DNA from: Saccostrea echinata
Taxonomy: Eukaryota
Reading direction: 5' to 3'
Length of the DNA: 64,000 nucleotides
NCBI RefSeq assembly: GCF_033153115.1
Contig: NW_026889803.1
Location: forward strand, 39,928,001-39,992,000
Every line of letters starts with the position of its first letter. Position 1 is the stretch's first letter. This document shows, in pieces, positions 1 to 14,572 of the stretch. The notes below the pieces were generated by a model. That model was given only the letters and a program-made list of their open reading frames with translations. It did not search any database and was not told the origin of the DNA. A program made the position numbers and the translations under genes.

Positions 1-3000
1 CCATGAGGTAAAATTCTCGACGCAGCCATCTGAAAGGGAAAAATATTCTATAAAAAAACTTGAAAAAAAAAATAATCATAAAATTTCACTTTTAACCTCA
101 CCATCTTAATTATAAAAATCGTTTAAATTATTCGGAAATATTTTCTGAAATAATTATAAAAAAGTTTATATTAGACTCAAAAACATGAAATAGTGAACCT
201 CTCTAGCTGTAGCTGGTATGTGGCTTCTTTGGCTGATCTTTCCAACCTCTGTAGTCCTACCTTCCAGGTCTGAAACTCATCAGCATTAGTGGCTGTAAAA
301 TAAATCAATGGGGAATCATTTGTATATTTACCAAAAGGTGGATTTTTTTAGATGGGGGATTATTACCCCCAGGAATTTATATGCCCACATGCCTTACACA
401 CTACTATCAGACAAAAAAGGTTTCAAAAAATTATTTAATTTTGGTTGAAAAATGAGCCTGACAGAGTTAAATAATTTGCTAAGTAAGTACTCATGATTTT
501 TTGTTGATTAAATGCATTTTTACCTGTTTTAATAATATGGCTTCATATTGATCAAAATGTGTCAATATTAACATTTTTTTATTAATATAAAACTATTATA
601 ACAAACATGCATTAAGAAAGTCCAAAGCTGTTTATCATATAGTCTAGGATTGAAAATGAAGGCTGCATATTGACAAAATTTTCACCAACAAACTTCTGCT
701 GCTGAAAGAGTTGGTTCAAAATGCTCATTAAATAAAAAATCTCCCATGATCAACTGTGTTTTATCACCGCACACTTGTTCTTTTTTCATGTTCATAACAT
801 GTTTTAAAAGACACACCAAAGACCATTCTGATTGGCTGCTTATACTGCTTATACCTATGATGACTCTAATTGGTTGCTTTTTAAGGATCTTTTTTCCAAG
901 TTCATGCCTATAATGGCATAAAATGCAGGTACAGTGTATATTTGTAAACATCTACCATTACATTTTTATTCTTTGAACTTTTCCCTTCTATATTTCATAT
1001 TGACTGATCACCATGGTATATTATGAGGGATGTACATACTAGTTAACTGGATAGGCAACTTTCTCAGCACCAAGTTTATTTTACCAAAATACACAAGTCC
1101 ATGTTTGTATAATGGAAGAAATAAGTCCAATAACTAGTGCTAAATAGTAACCAGTTTTCTCAACCTCTCATTCCTTTTTTTTTTTTTTTTTCAAGAGACA
1201 CTCGGCAAGCCTCATATATGTCTCTTGAAAATTAAAAAAAATTAAGGAACAAGAGTTTGAGAAAAACCAGTTACTAACTTGCACCAGTTATGGAACCTAT
1301 ATTTACAACATCCTTGTTTTTCTTTCCTTAGTGTGTAGATTATAATTTTCTATTTGTATTCCACTGATAGGCCTGTAAAAAGTTTTCCTCTTCACTAGCA
1401 CAGCTGACTCCCACTGTTACAGTTATAGTTTTCAATCTTATTTGAGGTGTCACTCGAGACATTGTACCCGGGGGAATCATTATTTTATACCCTAGTTCCT
1501 TCACTTAATATCACTTGAAATGCAGTTATGACGGAGATCATTTATAAACTACTTGCATTTCCATAGACATACAGAGTCTTCAGTTGACAATATAATCAAC
1601 TAAAATATTACTTAACTGGAAGCTTCTTGAAATACAAATCGGACCTGACATAATTAACAATGACCTATACTTATATCTATAACATACATTTACAGAAAGC
1701 AAAGTTCACCTCAGTACAGTAAAAATCAGTTATAAAGAACCTTAATTAAAGGAAATCTTTGTTAAAAGGATATTTTTATGAATCCATTGGGGGACTTTGC
1801 ATTATGTTGCTTAAAAGACCTAAGAAATCTCAGCTATAAGGAAGCAAAATCTGAGGTCCCAGTGACTCCCTTATAACCGAGTTACTGTATACTGTATATT
1901 CATAATCATCATTAAAGGCTGCAGTGTGTAGGTCATTATAATTCATAAGCCTTTCCATAAAATATGCTGTTGCACTAACACACAAATTTTGTCTTATGAT
2001 TATATTGTTATAAGTATTGTAAATAAGAGGCAGAAAATACAGAAGGTGAATTATTCTGTAAAGTTTACTGAATTTCTAGCTTTACAATTCTTATCAGTGA
2101 CGAAATCATACTAATTAAGTGTTAAGTATAAAAAACAATGGTATTTATGACAGCATGAAGACTTCCGATGAATAAACTTTTTTTAATACACAATTTTGCC
2201 TGTACTTCTAAATCAGGGTGGGTGTCCTCCTTTAATGACCCCATCTATAATGTTTCAGGAAAGACCTAAACGCTCAGTTTATTTCACAAAACAAGCTAAA
2301 TTAAAGTTGAAGGAAATGGGCCTTGTTTGAAGGTTGCATCATCTTAACAAACTTGACAGAACTTAATTGCATTCCCAATTTCCTCGTTACAAAATGGTGG
2401 GGGAAAAAATTTGAAGCCTAGCTTTGATCTTATTTTCTCTAGTCCTAATCAACCAATCATTTGATGAAGCAGCTGTAAAATCATCACCTATCAGCTTTAA
2501 TTAAAGCACCATAAGAAAAAGCAAGAAAAAATGTAGCGTCGCCCAGTGGGACCCACACACTCTCTGTCCCGAGTTGCGAACACTAGAATTTGCCAATGCT
2601 TCCTCGATTTTCTTTCTAGGTCACGAGGTGCAGCCTTTTATCTGGCTGAACAATCCATACTGTCAACTCTGAAATCCACAAGAGATCAATAATTTTCCCA
2701 ATATCTTGTTATCAATATCTTTGCATTAACCAATGCATTCCCAAGCTGCTTGGTTCTAACATTTGCAATATGCCTTCCAGCCCATAAATATTGTTCAGAA
2801 GTACAAACTCAGAATTATTTTATTTGCCTATTGGTTTTACACATATTTACACATATTCATGACAAATATATGACAATTAGAAAACTATAGTACACATTTT
2901 GCATAGAATAATGGTATTTTATATCCATGAGTTTATTTTTCTTTAACATCATATAATTTTGGCATTAGTGTCCTGTGACATATTGATTGGCTCTATAAAG

Positions 3001-6000
3001 TGCTGGATAAGAACTACACTTTTCAGTGTTTTTAATTAATATATTGTCTACAAATGCTTTTATATTCTTAATATATTCTGTAATCAGTATTTTAAATTAA
3101 ATAAATATATCTGGTTGTCTTTTATACCTAAAGATTTTTTTTTGTTTCTAGCTACGGTTTTCATATTGTGTTTCTATTATGTAGGCCTATCTCACACAAA
3201 GCAGCAGAGGACATCCATTAAACTAGTCCTGTTATTTTTCATGGCTGCCTCCTGGTATTCTAAATATTTAAACATTAAATATATAAATTTCAGTGTTAAA
3301 ATATACAGTCACAAACTACAGGTATTTTACAAATACCAAATAACTATGCAATGCATTTTAATGAGGGTCACCTAGCTTTTTTCACTGGCGGTGTATGTTT
3401 TTTTGTGTGTTTTTTTCCCTGGCATTTTCATAAGATAATTTACAGATTTCTTTCAAAGTGAAATGTCTTGCAGATTTTAATAAAGACTTAAACTTGTATA
3501 CATTTAACATTTTAAGAATGTGAACATTATTTACTCATGCACTTATGGTGCCTAAAGATTCCCCTGTATAAAATTGATAAATATTTGTTTATCTAATTTA
3601 TGATAACATTGTCAATACATGCACAGCGTCTATTATGATATCCAATTTCAATGTCCACGTTTATCTGTGTGTCAAGAAAGATATATTATGGGGCAAATAG
3701 AAGATCAAGGACAAAAAAGATTGCTCTGAATGCATGCCTTTTATTTATTTATTTACTTATTTATTTACTCTATTGGAGTGGGGGTGGGAGGGGGATGCGT
3801 CAAATGTTTGTCTTACCAAACAACTTTTCATTTGTAACCTCATTAAGCATTCTGGATATTAGAAAAAATATGCTAAATTTCTTCCTCTTCATTGGCAAAA
3901 AATGTAGGTCATATAATTTTTTCCCTTCACAACAGAGAAAAAAAACATCATCACTTCTAATGACACTAGATTATACTCCCTGAGGACTCTGCATTCCCTG
4001 TTTTCCTAATTCTTTTGATTCTGAGGAATTAAACAAAGCCTCTTTTTGCAATTGGAAACTTTATAACCTAGCTATATTCCTGGAAATTGGTGGTAGCTAT
4101 GCATATCTCTCACGATCGCTTTCATTCAACATGTGACTTTGTAACTTCTAAACATGTCCTTGTTCAAAAATATACATGTAGTCTGTTTTTCAGAAAATGG
4201 ACCAATTATACAATGTAATTCTATGTGGCTTTTGACCCACAAGTACTGCTAATAAAATTAACCATCAGACATTCAAATAAATTAAACTTAACAGAATTTT
4301 TAAAAAGTGACAATTATTACAATTCATCAAGCATGCAAACTGAAATTCCTTTAAAAATGGCATTTCTAGTACATGTAATTTCCAAGAAATACTGCACACA
4401 AGCCACACTGCATGTATGTAAATATTTGCCTACTATTATGTTACAGAAAAACAATGAACCCAATCCCTTTTCCCTATCCCTCCCCCGCTAATCAGTGTAC
4501 AGTAAATGTCAGCCATATCCCAAAACACATAGGAGGCCTTTGTCAATTTCCTTTGTAATTATTCACATCAACAAGGTTTATAGGTATCCGCTCATCCAGT
4601 GGCTTTACTGAAGTCAAAGCCTGAAAAATTTGTCTAACCTGAAAGTTGAACAAGACAGTGAAAGAAAAGGCCTGGAATGAGCCACAGTGCTCAAGAGTAA
4701 GAATTAGATTTTTAAATCAGGTTTCACCCTCTTTTATTTATTTGTTTGTAAATCTTTTTTGCTCCTCTGGGGGCCCATATTGGACTAATAAAATCTTCTA
4801 TTCATAAGAAAAGATTTTCATCCAATATCATGGCCCAATCTCGATAGCCCCATCATGACCAAGGGGTTATGACATATTTGAATCCGTACAACATGGGAAT
4901 GCATCAATATTGATATGCTCTAGGGAAGAAGATTTTTAAGACTAAAATCCCTGAGTTCAAAAATTAAAAAAAATCACGCAACTTGGTGCTTTTCCTGGAA
5001 AGAATTTTTTATGTTTGATTCCAGTGTAAAATCATGGCTCAACCCTAACCCTACCGACTTTAAAATCTACACTGCATCATTTAAATCTCACATAAATTTC
5101 ACCTTTTCTGTTCCTGTGGTTCTTGAGATTTTTAAATTATCCTCTCCTTGCCTTATATTGATTTTCTCCCCTTGGAAGAAGGGCATATTGGCCCTTCAAT
5201 TGAAAAATTTCAGCCCCCCGTTACCCAAAGATGCTTTGTGCCATTATTAAATTTTTCCCTGTGGTTCTAGTGAAGAATTTAACAAGAGGCCTGTGGGCCA
5301 TAATGCTCACCTGAGTAACTTTAACCCTACTATTCTGAAGATTCTAAAAAGATTTTCCTCCTTTATATTCCCATGAAACTATATGACCCAAATTATAGCC
5401 CATCCTAACTTTAAGGGGTCTCTGAATAAACACAACAATGGGTTGTTTCATTATCAATATAACATGGCCTTGCAGTTATGAAGAGAAAAATTCTGTTCCT
5501 GTATTCATGTGTTATGTAAGATTTGATCCAAATTTAAGCTAACACTAATCCAGGGCCTATAATTTAAAAAAAAATTATCCACAGAAATTGGACATGATTG
5601 CAAATTAATGGTTCTATAGTGGTTCTTGAGAGGATTTTTGAAAATTTTTCTGATATACTCCAACTTAAATGTAAAACTTGGTTCCCCTACTGTTGCCCTG
5701 CCCTTCCTCCAGTGTCATGATTTGGAAAATTTACAATCCAGGGTTGTCCCTAAGAATTGAAATAGGAGGGGACATTAAAAAGTAGAAAAGGATCTGGGGT
5801 TCCTCCCCTAACAGGGGGTTGAGTCAACAGACCCACAGACAAACACTTACAGATGCCAGAAAATGAATGATAAGAAAAGCTAACTTGAGCTTATAGCTCA
5901 GGTGAGCTAATAGGGGTACTGAGTGGGGTTTAAAGTTTAACTGCAGCAGCTCATAAAGGTATGGTATATGTGGAAAATAGTGTTCCATTTCACAGTGTAA

Positions 6001-6671
6001 TTTGAAACACTGTTACATGTATGACATCAATAACAACTAAGAAACCTTAACTGGCATTGTATAAGCAAACTGATCTTCTAAAAGGAAAGATTTATGTATT
6101 GAAACGTATCATATGTTTGGAAAATACAAAATCTTTCTAATTTATATAATCTATATTGTAATGTATAAACACTCATATTTCATACACAAGTCCAACAAAA
6201 CTGTACTAAAATGCATTTTTTCATGTTGTTGGGCTTCATATACTGCGGTTTCATTAATTTTCCTAGGGATCAAATTTCTTTGTTTAGAAAAAATAAAATT
6301 TGCTGATATTTAAATTCTTGGACCCTGGACGACTAGAACTTTACCCTATTCTATCATTAATAATAAAATTTGTATTTTGTTGACATCTAATCTCATGGTC
6401 TTGCTCTACAAAAACAACAAAATTTAATTTAATATAAGGTTTATTTATACATGTAATTGCTACATACAAACTCTCAAACCTTAATACTACTAGCATTATA
6501 AATCTTAGAGCAGATGAACTTTTTAGTGTCTTGTCTACAGGTATTTAGCTGCTAACCAGATATATATTGAAGTCTATCAGAGGTTAAGCGGTCTTTACTG
6601 TATCAATGATTTATGAAATTTTGAACATGTCCACACCTAGGTAATTTCGACAATTTTCTAATCTTGACATA

Positions 6672-6744
<73 letters not shown>

Positions 6745-9700
6745 CAGTCCCAAGAACAATATTGATTTACCCGTTGACCATGATATGTTTATATCTGGTT
6801 AGTTAGCCACTCTGTTAAGCATGTAACTATTTTTCAGTTGGTCGCTTCTTGTGTGTTAACCCCAAGTATCTCAATTGTGAAAAAATTCACACCCTTCCAA
6901 ACTTAATGCTGTGGATGCACCAATTCCATTATTTGCAAGAATGATAAGGTATGATAAAAACGTCCAAAAACCATCACTACGGTAGAAACTTGTACAGTCA
7001 CATACTGTAGACATACCGGTACATTTATACGTGTGGGATTTATTTATGACATGTATGTGGTCAGTATTTTTCTGCGTAAATTTTCCACAGAGTACTACTT
7101 TAATTCATTAAGGATATATAATGCCAATTCAAGAAATTTTCTACTCATGGACTGAACAGAAATTGTGATTCTGCAGAATTATGACCAAGTACAGTGACAG
7201 TACTTCCCCTTTATATCATGCTTACGCCCAAAAGTAACTGTTCTAAGAAGAGAGTGATTCCCCTCTATGCTGAAAACTAGCTGATAAAAGTATGAACAGT
7301 TCTGTGTCCTTCCAGAAGATAAAACTTACCAACAACAGATAATGTCTTGAGTTTGAAGTCATTTCCATAGAAAATAACAAAACAGAGAGATGGGTCATGT
7401 CTCCGGGCTTCCTCTGGCCACCGGTCAAAGTCTTTACTGTTTCTACCATCCCTTACTTCACGGACTTCTCGTAGGTTCACTGAAATGTAAATATTCATAA
7501 TCAACATCAAAGTTTATTTATTCTGACAAGCATTAATAGCTGCACTTAGATATCAAAATGAAAATGTCATAATATGTACCAAGTAACATTGAAAGTGATG
7601 TTTGAGTTCATTCTGTTTCACAAAATATGAGGGTGGCATCCACATGCAGCTTGTTTTACTTTGTGTTTCATTAATAACATGAAAGCAACCAATCACTTTT
7701 AACAATGAGCGGGAGCTTACACAACAATGCTTAGATTTTTCCTAGTGAGTTTTAATATTATCTAGTATTTAGGCATGTTGTCGATTGGAGGTGGGAAGGA
7801 GTAGTTAAATTAAATTCATGTAAAACAATATAAACATTATTTATAAATATTTACACTTGCCAATGTCAAAAATGTCAATAAAAACTAGAGGTACTGTGAG
7901 CACTGAGCTCAGAAAATGAAACCATGCCTCCCATATGATTATAATAGCAAAGTCCATGTTTTGCTATGGGAGACCCAAAATAAGTGTCAGAACAAAAAGT
8001 GCACAATGACACTATGAATTTTAAGAATCTCTGAAAGTATCATTAAATTTTACTCACTGGTATAGGAGGAATTGCAGATAAGAGATGGGTACCTCTTAAT
8101 ATTATAGAAAGAATGGCAGTGTCCATGTTTTGCTATGGGAAACCCGAAATATGTGTCTGATCAAAAAGTAAAATAGGAGGTCACAATGGCACTATTTAAC
8201 AAAGATTCTGTGAAAGACTAATAAATTTCATACAGTGGTATAAGAGGAGTTGCTAATAAGAGATGGGTACCCCAAAGCGTAATGGACAGACGGAGATACA
8301 GACAGACGGATGGACAGACACCCACATCACTATATATCCCACTGCTTTTCAAGTGGGGGGTATAAAAATGACAGTAAAGCATTAATGAGGCATAATAATG
8401 TCAATTTTAAAATTAGATCCTTAGAATCCCGCTGTTCTTGAGAACATGATTTTTAAACACTTACCGATGTAAAACTTTGATCCCCTAATGTGGCCCCACC
8501 CTACCCCTGAAGGTCATAATTTGAACAAATTTGAATCTTCACTACTTGAGGATGTTTGCACATTTATATCACTCATCATGACCTTGCTGTTCTTGAGAAA
8601 ATTTTTGTGTTAAAACATTTTTCCTCTATATCCCCTTTTAAATTTCAATCAACTAGTGCAGCCCCACCCCCTCCTGGGGAAAATGATTTGAAAAAAAATT
8701 GAATCTGCACATCCTGAGGATACTTGTCTCTAGGTCAGTGGTTCTTGAGAATATTTTTTAAATGAACCCACCAAATTTTCACTTTTCTTAACTTGAAAAA
8801 GGGGGTGGTCTTTCTTTGAAAACTTGAATTATTACCTTATTCAAACAAGGACGCTTTAAGGCAAGTTTGGTTAAATTTGGCCCAAAGGTTCTAGAGAAGT
8901 TGAAAATGTGAAAAGTTAAAAAGATTAACAGAGAGTACAAGACAAAGAGACATACAGAGAGAAGCCAGGCACTCTTCAATCAGAAAAGCCTTTGGCCCTG
9001 GTGGGTTGAATGGCTACACAAAGTGAGATATGGATCAAATTTCATTGATACTTTTTAAATTCTTTGAAGTGGAATTTCACAAATTTTAAGGCAATAATTT
9101 TGGCAAATTTTATAAGACTTGAGGGAATAAGGATAGTCAATGAAAAGCGCACTTCATTAAGTATATTCAGGCCATTAAATCATGGAACATATTTGATGTA
9201 AAATCTGTATATTGTGCTAAAATGGTTCCAAAATCAAACAATCTGAAAATGTCCCATAGGATCATCTCACCAGAGTGCCATCTTTTACAAATTTTTTATA
9301 GTCTTACAGGCGTGTAAATTTTTTACTTAAATATAACTATGATCGTTGGGTTTGCTCAATTTCTGTTTTAGGTATAAATGCCTACCATAGCCACTATATT
9401 TGAGCATTCAAGCATCTTTATCATTACAAAGTACTGAAATTTGATTCAGCTCTGCACACATTGTGACAAGTTATTTGAAATTGTATAAAGAAAGAAGCCT
9501 GAGGAAATAACAATTTTTAAAATAAACTGTAATGCAGCCCCATTTTACCATGGTTTCTCACAAGTAACTTTAAATTTTGAGTAAATAGGAAAGCTTGAGA
9601 ATGCTAAAATCCAGTACTGGGAAATTGAACTATGCAGAGATGTGACTTTACTTATGTAAACATGAATCCACATGTTGCATGCCAGCATAAAACAACAAAC

Positions 9701-10730
9701 TCAATTGCTTGGATATAAAATCAGGGCCCTTTCAATCAAAAAATGTCTAGGTGTAAAATATATACACCAAAAGAAAAAAAATATCATCAAGCAAAATATA
9801 AAATGCTAATCATTTTATCAATTCTGCAATACAAACTTTGCTATCTTTAGTAATAATACTGCATTACAAGACTAAAACTTAAATGTTCGTTTGTGAAATT
9901 TTCAAAGACAACAAGTTTTTACGCAAGTATTTACACAAGATGGATATGAACATATACATATTTTAGTGCACAAAAGAAAACATCAAGAATTCAAGATGTA
10001 ATGTCAAGATTAAATACTCAGGATGCACATTTGTGTACAGGGTTATCTAACTTATCACTGTACTTTCACTATGTTCAAGGAAATATGCTAAATGCAGAAT
10101 CTAGAATGCAAGGTCAACATTACAATTATCAAACTGCAAAGGTTTCTATAAATCTTTTTATTTTAAGAGGAAAAACCTTAACACAAAAAATTTGTTAGAA
10201 AGATGGAAGGACTGACAGACACCTCCATGGACCCTACATGTCCCCTCCTTCTATACCCCTCCCATATACTCTATTATTTCCTCCCATATACACTACTCCC
10301 TCCTCCAATTCACACAGTTCCCTCCTCCCATATATACTCTTCCCTGCAATATACACTACTACCTTCTCCCATATACACTGTTCCCTCCCATATACACTAT
10401 TCCCTCCTCCCATATACACTGATCCCTCCCATATACACTACTCCCTCCTCCAATTCACTCTTTTCCCTCCACCCACATAAACTGCTCCCCCTCCCATATA
10501 CACTTTCAATTCCTCCAATTCACAATATTCCCTCCTCCTATATACACGGCTCTGTCATACAATATAAGCTGATCCCTCCACCCATATACACTGCTCCCTC
10601 CTCCCATATACACTACTTCCTCCTTCCACATACACTACTCCCTCCTCCCATATACACTGATCCCTCCTCCAATATACACTACTCCCTCCTTCCATATACA
10701 AATCTCCCTCCAGTCCATTTTTTAAAGATT

Positions 10731-10767
<37 letters not shown>

Positions 10768-11804
10768 CCCCTAAAATAAAATTCCTTCAAAATTTATTGG
10801 CCTTGTTAGTTTTGTGCTTGCAGACTGACTGGAATTTTATACACTACTAGTATGGTATAAACTATTTCTCTAAGCCTATATTATAATGGCAAGCATCAAT
10901 AACTGGTATTGTCAGTGTTTTGTTTTATCAATAAAGAGGCCCTCAGCTTATTTGGAGAATGAGACATCACAAAAGAACTTAAATAGGTGCATGCAGGATG
11001 GTTATTTTAATTATATGATACTACAGGAACTCATTAAATTGCCAAAAAGTTCAAATCTTTTACTCTGATATATATATAGTTCTAAATAAAATATTCTTCA
11101 AAAGTTGTCAATCCTGCTGAAAAGTTTTCTTAATGTCTATGGTTTATGCCAACAGGATTATTTAATTGAAAATTAAGTGCCTTATCTATCATATACTTGT
11201 GTACATCTAAACAGACTATTTTGCTGATAGTTTCTCACCTTTGACTTAGTCAAAAGAGCAGGTGATTTGGGGGGCAAATACCACCTGCCACAATATTCAT
11301 ATTTCATATGTATTAGATACAAGCTTTTTCTTGAAAACTGTATGTTTTTATTCATTTTCATAGAATTCCACAGTTAATCTTGGAAAGGGGGGGGGGGGTA
11401 GAAGGTTAACATTTTTAACATGTTTAAGTGATGACTCAAAATTTGCAATCACAGTGACAACTGCATGTGACAAATTGTTACTATGTAGTAATAGCAGCAA
11501 GCTCTGTATCTATTTTTTTTCACTCAAAATAATTCCATATTTAATTTTTTTTTTCTTATATAGGCCTATACAATAAAAGGATTGGTGTGACACAGCATGG
11601 TCGATTCATAATCAGAAACAATGAATTGTACTCACGCGTCCCATCGGGTTTGCTCCCCATAGCTCGGATCCAAACTAGTTGTCTAGTTTCCAGTTTTACT
11701 TGCAGCGTTTTCTTTTCTGGTCTCTTTTTGGAGAAAAAGATGGTGACCACTAGCCCTCTTTCGAGGCAGCGGTAGATTTCGACTTCATTCATCGTCGAGG
11801 CCAT
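1..11804 (-). CDS. PLCG1: Phospholipase C-gamma (N-terminal PH domain and start of EF-hand region), 3'-partial; coding exons 11636-11804, 7330-7479, 199-292, <1-29
   Basis: Spliced translation MASTMNEVEIYRCLERGLVVTIFFSKKRPEKKTLQVKLETRQLVWIRAMGSKPDGT|LNLREVREVRDGRNSKDFDRWPEEARRHDPSLCFVIFYGNDFKLKTLSVV|ATNADEFQTWKVGLQRLERSAKEATYQLQLER|WLRREFYLM closely follows the PLC-gamma N-terminus (FQVKLETRQ, SRDFDR, CFVILYG.EFRLKTLS, LQIERWLR). Introns are GT-AG with consistent phases (1,1,2). Confidence 0.95.
1127..1293. mobile_element. Short foldback/MITE-like inverted repeat in PLCG intron 2
   Basis: Arms tccaataactagtgc...tcaagagaca and tgtctcttgaa...gcaccagttatgga are imperfect reverse complements. 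Confidence 0.55.
1717..1887. mobile_element. Tc1/mariner-type MITE
   Basis: TA|CAGTAAAAATCAGTTATAA ... TTATAACCGAGTTACTG|TA: CAGT termini with a TA target duplication. Confidence 0.55.
4800..5910. mobile_element. Degenerate non-autonomous Helitron/Helentron (HINE) copies with Cg170-like satellite
   Basis: Terminus aacaagaggcctgtgggccataatgctcacctgag at 5281 and aaaagctaacttgagc...ctcaggtgagctaa at ~5875-5910; same family as 19395-20629. Decayed satellite units also occur at 4800-5280. Confidence 0.6.
6668..6742. repeat. (AT)n microsatellite
   Basis: Near-pure AT dinucleotide run of ~75 bp. Confidence 0.95.
7883..8368. mobile_element. Non-autonomous Helitron/Helentron-like element (second family)
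   Basis: Starts aactagaggtactgtgagcactgagctc, has an internal ~175-bp duplicated block, a (GACA/GACG)n tract and a terminal hairpin cccact...agtggg followed by tataaaaa. Related fragments occur at ~54950-55180 (reverse) and ~57030-57420. Confidence 0.6.
8420..9005. mobile_element. Truncated HINE with Cg170-like satellite units
   Basis: tgtggccccaccctacccc...tttgaacaaatttgaatc...gaggatg units and the caagtttggttaaatttggccc...aatcagaaaagc end, shared with 19395-20629. Confidence 0.65.
10239..10712. repeat. ~21-bp minisatellite (consensus cctcctcccatatacactact) followed by (AT)n at 10734-10764
   Basis: About 20 degenerate tandem units; accounts for the ORFs at 10203-10766, 10234-10419 and 10238-10480. 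Confidence 0.9.
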
Positions 11805-12004
11805 CTTTCACTTTTGTTATTTTTTCTGCAGATTTTCAAGTCAGTCAGGCAACATGATAATTAAATCTATTTCGACACCAATATTTCTTATCCGCAGTTA
11901 TACACAGTCTTCATCAAAGTTACATAGCAAGGAGGAAGTTGATTAATCCACCATAATTGTCAGGTCTATCCTTTCACGCTTCGTCCATGTTGACGAACAA
12001 TAAT

Positions 12005-12014
12005 CTTCCGGGAA
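12005..12014. promoter_or_regulatory. Overlapping STAT/GAS (TTCCGGGAA) and Ets (CCGGAAG) motif in the probable PLC-gamma promoter
   Basis: Exact consensus match ~200 bp upstream of the PLCG start codon, in a locally CpG-enriched patch. Confidence 0.35.
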
Positions 12015-14572
12015 ACCGAGATCTTAAGCTAAGGGCAGTAACTCGAGTGCGCACAATACGGAGCACCTTTGTGTTCTACGTTTATATATTTTTTTTAAAC
12101 CTTAGTCAGATTTATATTCATATACAGCAATGTTATCTAGAGTAAATGTAGAAATTTTTATAAGATTATATGAAAATGTGTGCAAAAGTCTTTACAGAGC
12201 CACACAGTAAATTGCACAGTTGCATATTTCATTTGAACACCAAAGAATACTTACAATTTCGGATTTTTCCTAATATTTTTGGAATTTATTAGTAATTTCT
12301 ATTCAAAATCAGACAAAACATACCTAGACCTCCTAGATTTTGTGCTATTTATCCTTAAATTAAAACCTTTTGATCTATATAGTGAATACATTCATAAATA
12401 AAAAGGTGGACGAGACCAACTTTGTCAAACATGTGGTAGTCTAAATGTTTGAGGAGACATATTAAATATGAATTCATCAGATTCTTCAAGATTAAACTTT
12501 AGATTGATATTTTTTTTCTCAAATCAAATTTTAACATTAAAATAAACTTTTGAATTTTATCCAAAAAAAAAAATCCATCACAAATTACTGAATAAATAAA
12601 AACACACATACACAAATAAATAAAAATTGAAAATACACAAATAAAACAACACTTTTGGATTATTTAAGTTCATTTATTTCTTTCCCCCTACTACAACCAA
12701 CACAGATCACCCAAACATTTGTTAATGAATAATTTTAGTTTTACAGTTCATCACATTTCCTATGATACACTTCAATTAAGACAACATTTTGTGAAAATAA
12801 CACTTGTTTTTAAACGGAACAATTGAATCAGTCATTAAACTAAAAGAATATAGTATATGAACTTATTTTAATGTGATACATGTAATGCTTCAATTTTTGT
12901 TGCAATCCTTTTTCTGCTAATTTATGAATAACATAAAATTTGATTTTTATATTATATACTTATATTTACATTCCACATGTATTTTGCTTATAAAATGTAT
13001 AGAAAGCTACGGCATTCAAAACAAATGCAAAAGATTAAAATATGACTTTTATTTTGATGTCACAAAGGTTGAAACACCATGCAAGTGCACTGTTTTAGGC
13101 AAAAATAAAAATTCATGCTTATACTGAACAGTATGATGGTAGTAGCTATTGCAATGGCTCTTCTATTAATTGTAACTTACCCGAAGGATACTAAAGGGAT
13201 TTTGAAATATAAATCACATTTGCAGACAAGACTGGGAGTTAAAAAAATGTAAATATAAGCATTGAAATATTATTTATTTAAAGATGTAGTCTCATAACTG
13301 CAACTTTGTGTACAAACAAAATTTTCAAAACGCGTTACACAATTTGTTTGCACACACTGTTGCAGTTATGAGGCTACACCTTTCAAAAAATAATAATTCA
13401 GTGCTTATATGACACAAAACATACTGATAGCACAAAGTCATAATTGTGCAGTTGAGTCCCTATCCTATTTATCCACTCAATACTAAAGTAAGTACACATA
13501 CTGTATTAGAAGCAAATAAAAGAAAAATGGACTTTCCAGAGAGACAATACATCTGTAAAATCAAGACACTATTGCTTCACTGGTGTCTGAGGTTCTTTTT
13601 TTTTTTAAGCATTTAAGAACATGTGTTGTAGTGCATTTCTACAGGTATACATAATAGAAACAATTTTAAATTGACTAGACCTGTCTGGTCTAGCATCGCT
13701 ACATATCAACATCCCATCTGAATACTGTGATGGTTAACACAATTTCTGGCCTCAATAAAAACACTGCATGTACAATAAAATTGACCCTCTATCATTTTTC
13801 CTCCCAAAATTTGAAACAATTTTTCTACATTTTTAAAATGTCTCAATATACATGCATAAACTTTTATGTTCTGCAGGTTTACACATGTAGGGACATGCAA
13901 TTTTATTTCAATTAACAAGATGTTTTTTTTTTAAATATAATTACTGAATTATTTTCTTCAATTTACAATTTGTCATATATTAAACTACCCAATATTTTAC
14001 TTTAAGATTTCTTCTATTTTTCATACCTATGCATATCACACTCAATAGATTATGTTCAGAATGTTTCAGAAAATGACAATTGGAAAAAAGAAAAAAAAAA
14101 TTGCATGGATACAATTTCATTTATTTAAACAGCAACATTTCTTAAATTTGCAAACCAAGTAATATTGATAGCTCAAACCTAATTTTATTAGCCAAAAAAA
14201 TGCAATCTCATGTTAGAAAATAAGGGAAAGATGTGAACAAAAATCCTCCTTATATGCATATATAATTCACATTTGATAATTTTCAATGTGTGAAGTAAAA
14301 TAGCGCATTTTACCTAAGTGTATATATTTTTTTAAAGGATACAATTTTGCAGAGAAATGTACACATTCAAGATATCAAAACATATAATTTCAACTGTAAT
14401 TATTGTAAAAGTACAGATTGTTGATTTCTGTTCATGAAATCAACAATGTTTAACCATTCCTGACAACAATGAAAGGTACGTCAGCTACAATTTCTGTTTA
14501 TCAATTTTTAAAATCCAGTGAGAAAGAAATCCACAAATGTATAAGTTCTTTAATGCAAATTATAATGTAATA

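Noticed and set aside
255-263. Cryptic donor AAG|GTAGGA inside PLCG exon 3, stronger-looking than the modelled GTTCAC donor
   Set aside because: Its use would shift the frame, and protein similarity continues to LQLER|WLR, supporting the distal donor.
10203-10766. 187-aa Pro/Tyr/His-rich ORF
   Set aside because: It is the translation of a 21-bp minisatellite running into (AT)n, antisense within a PLCG intron, with no splice or promoter support.
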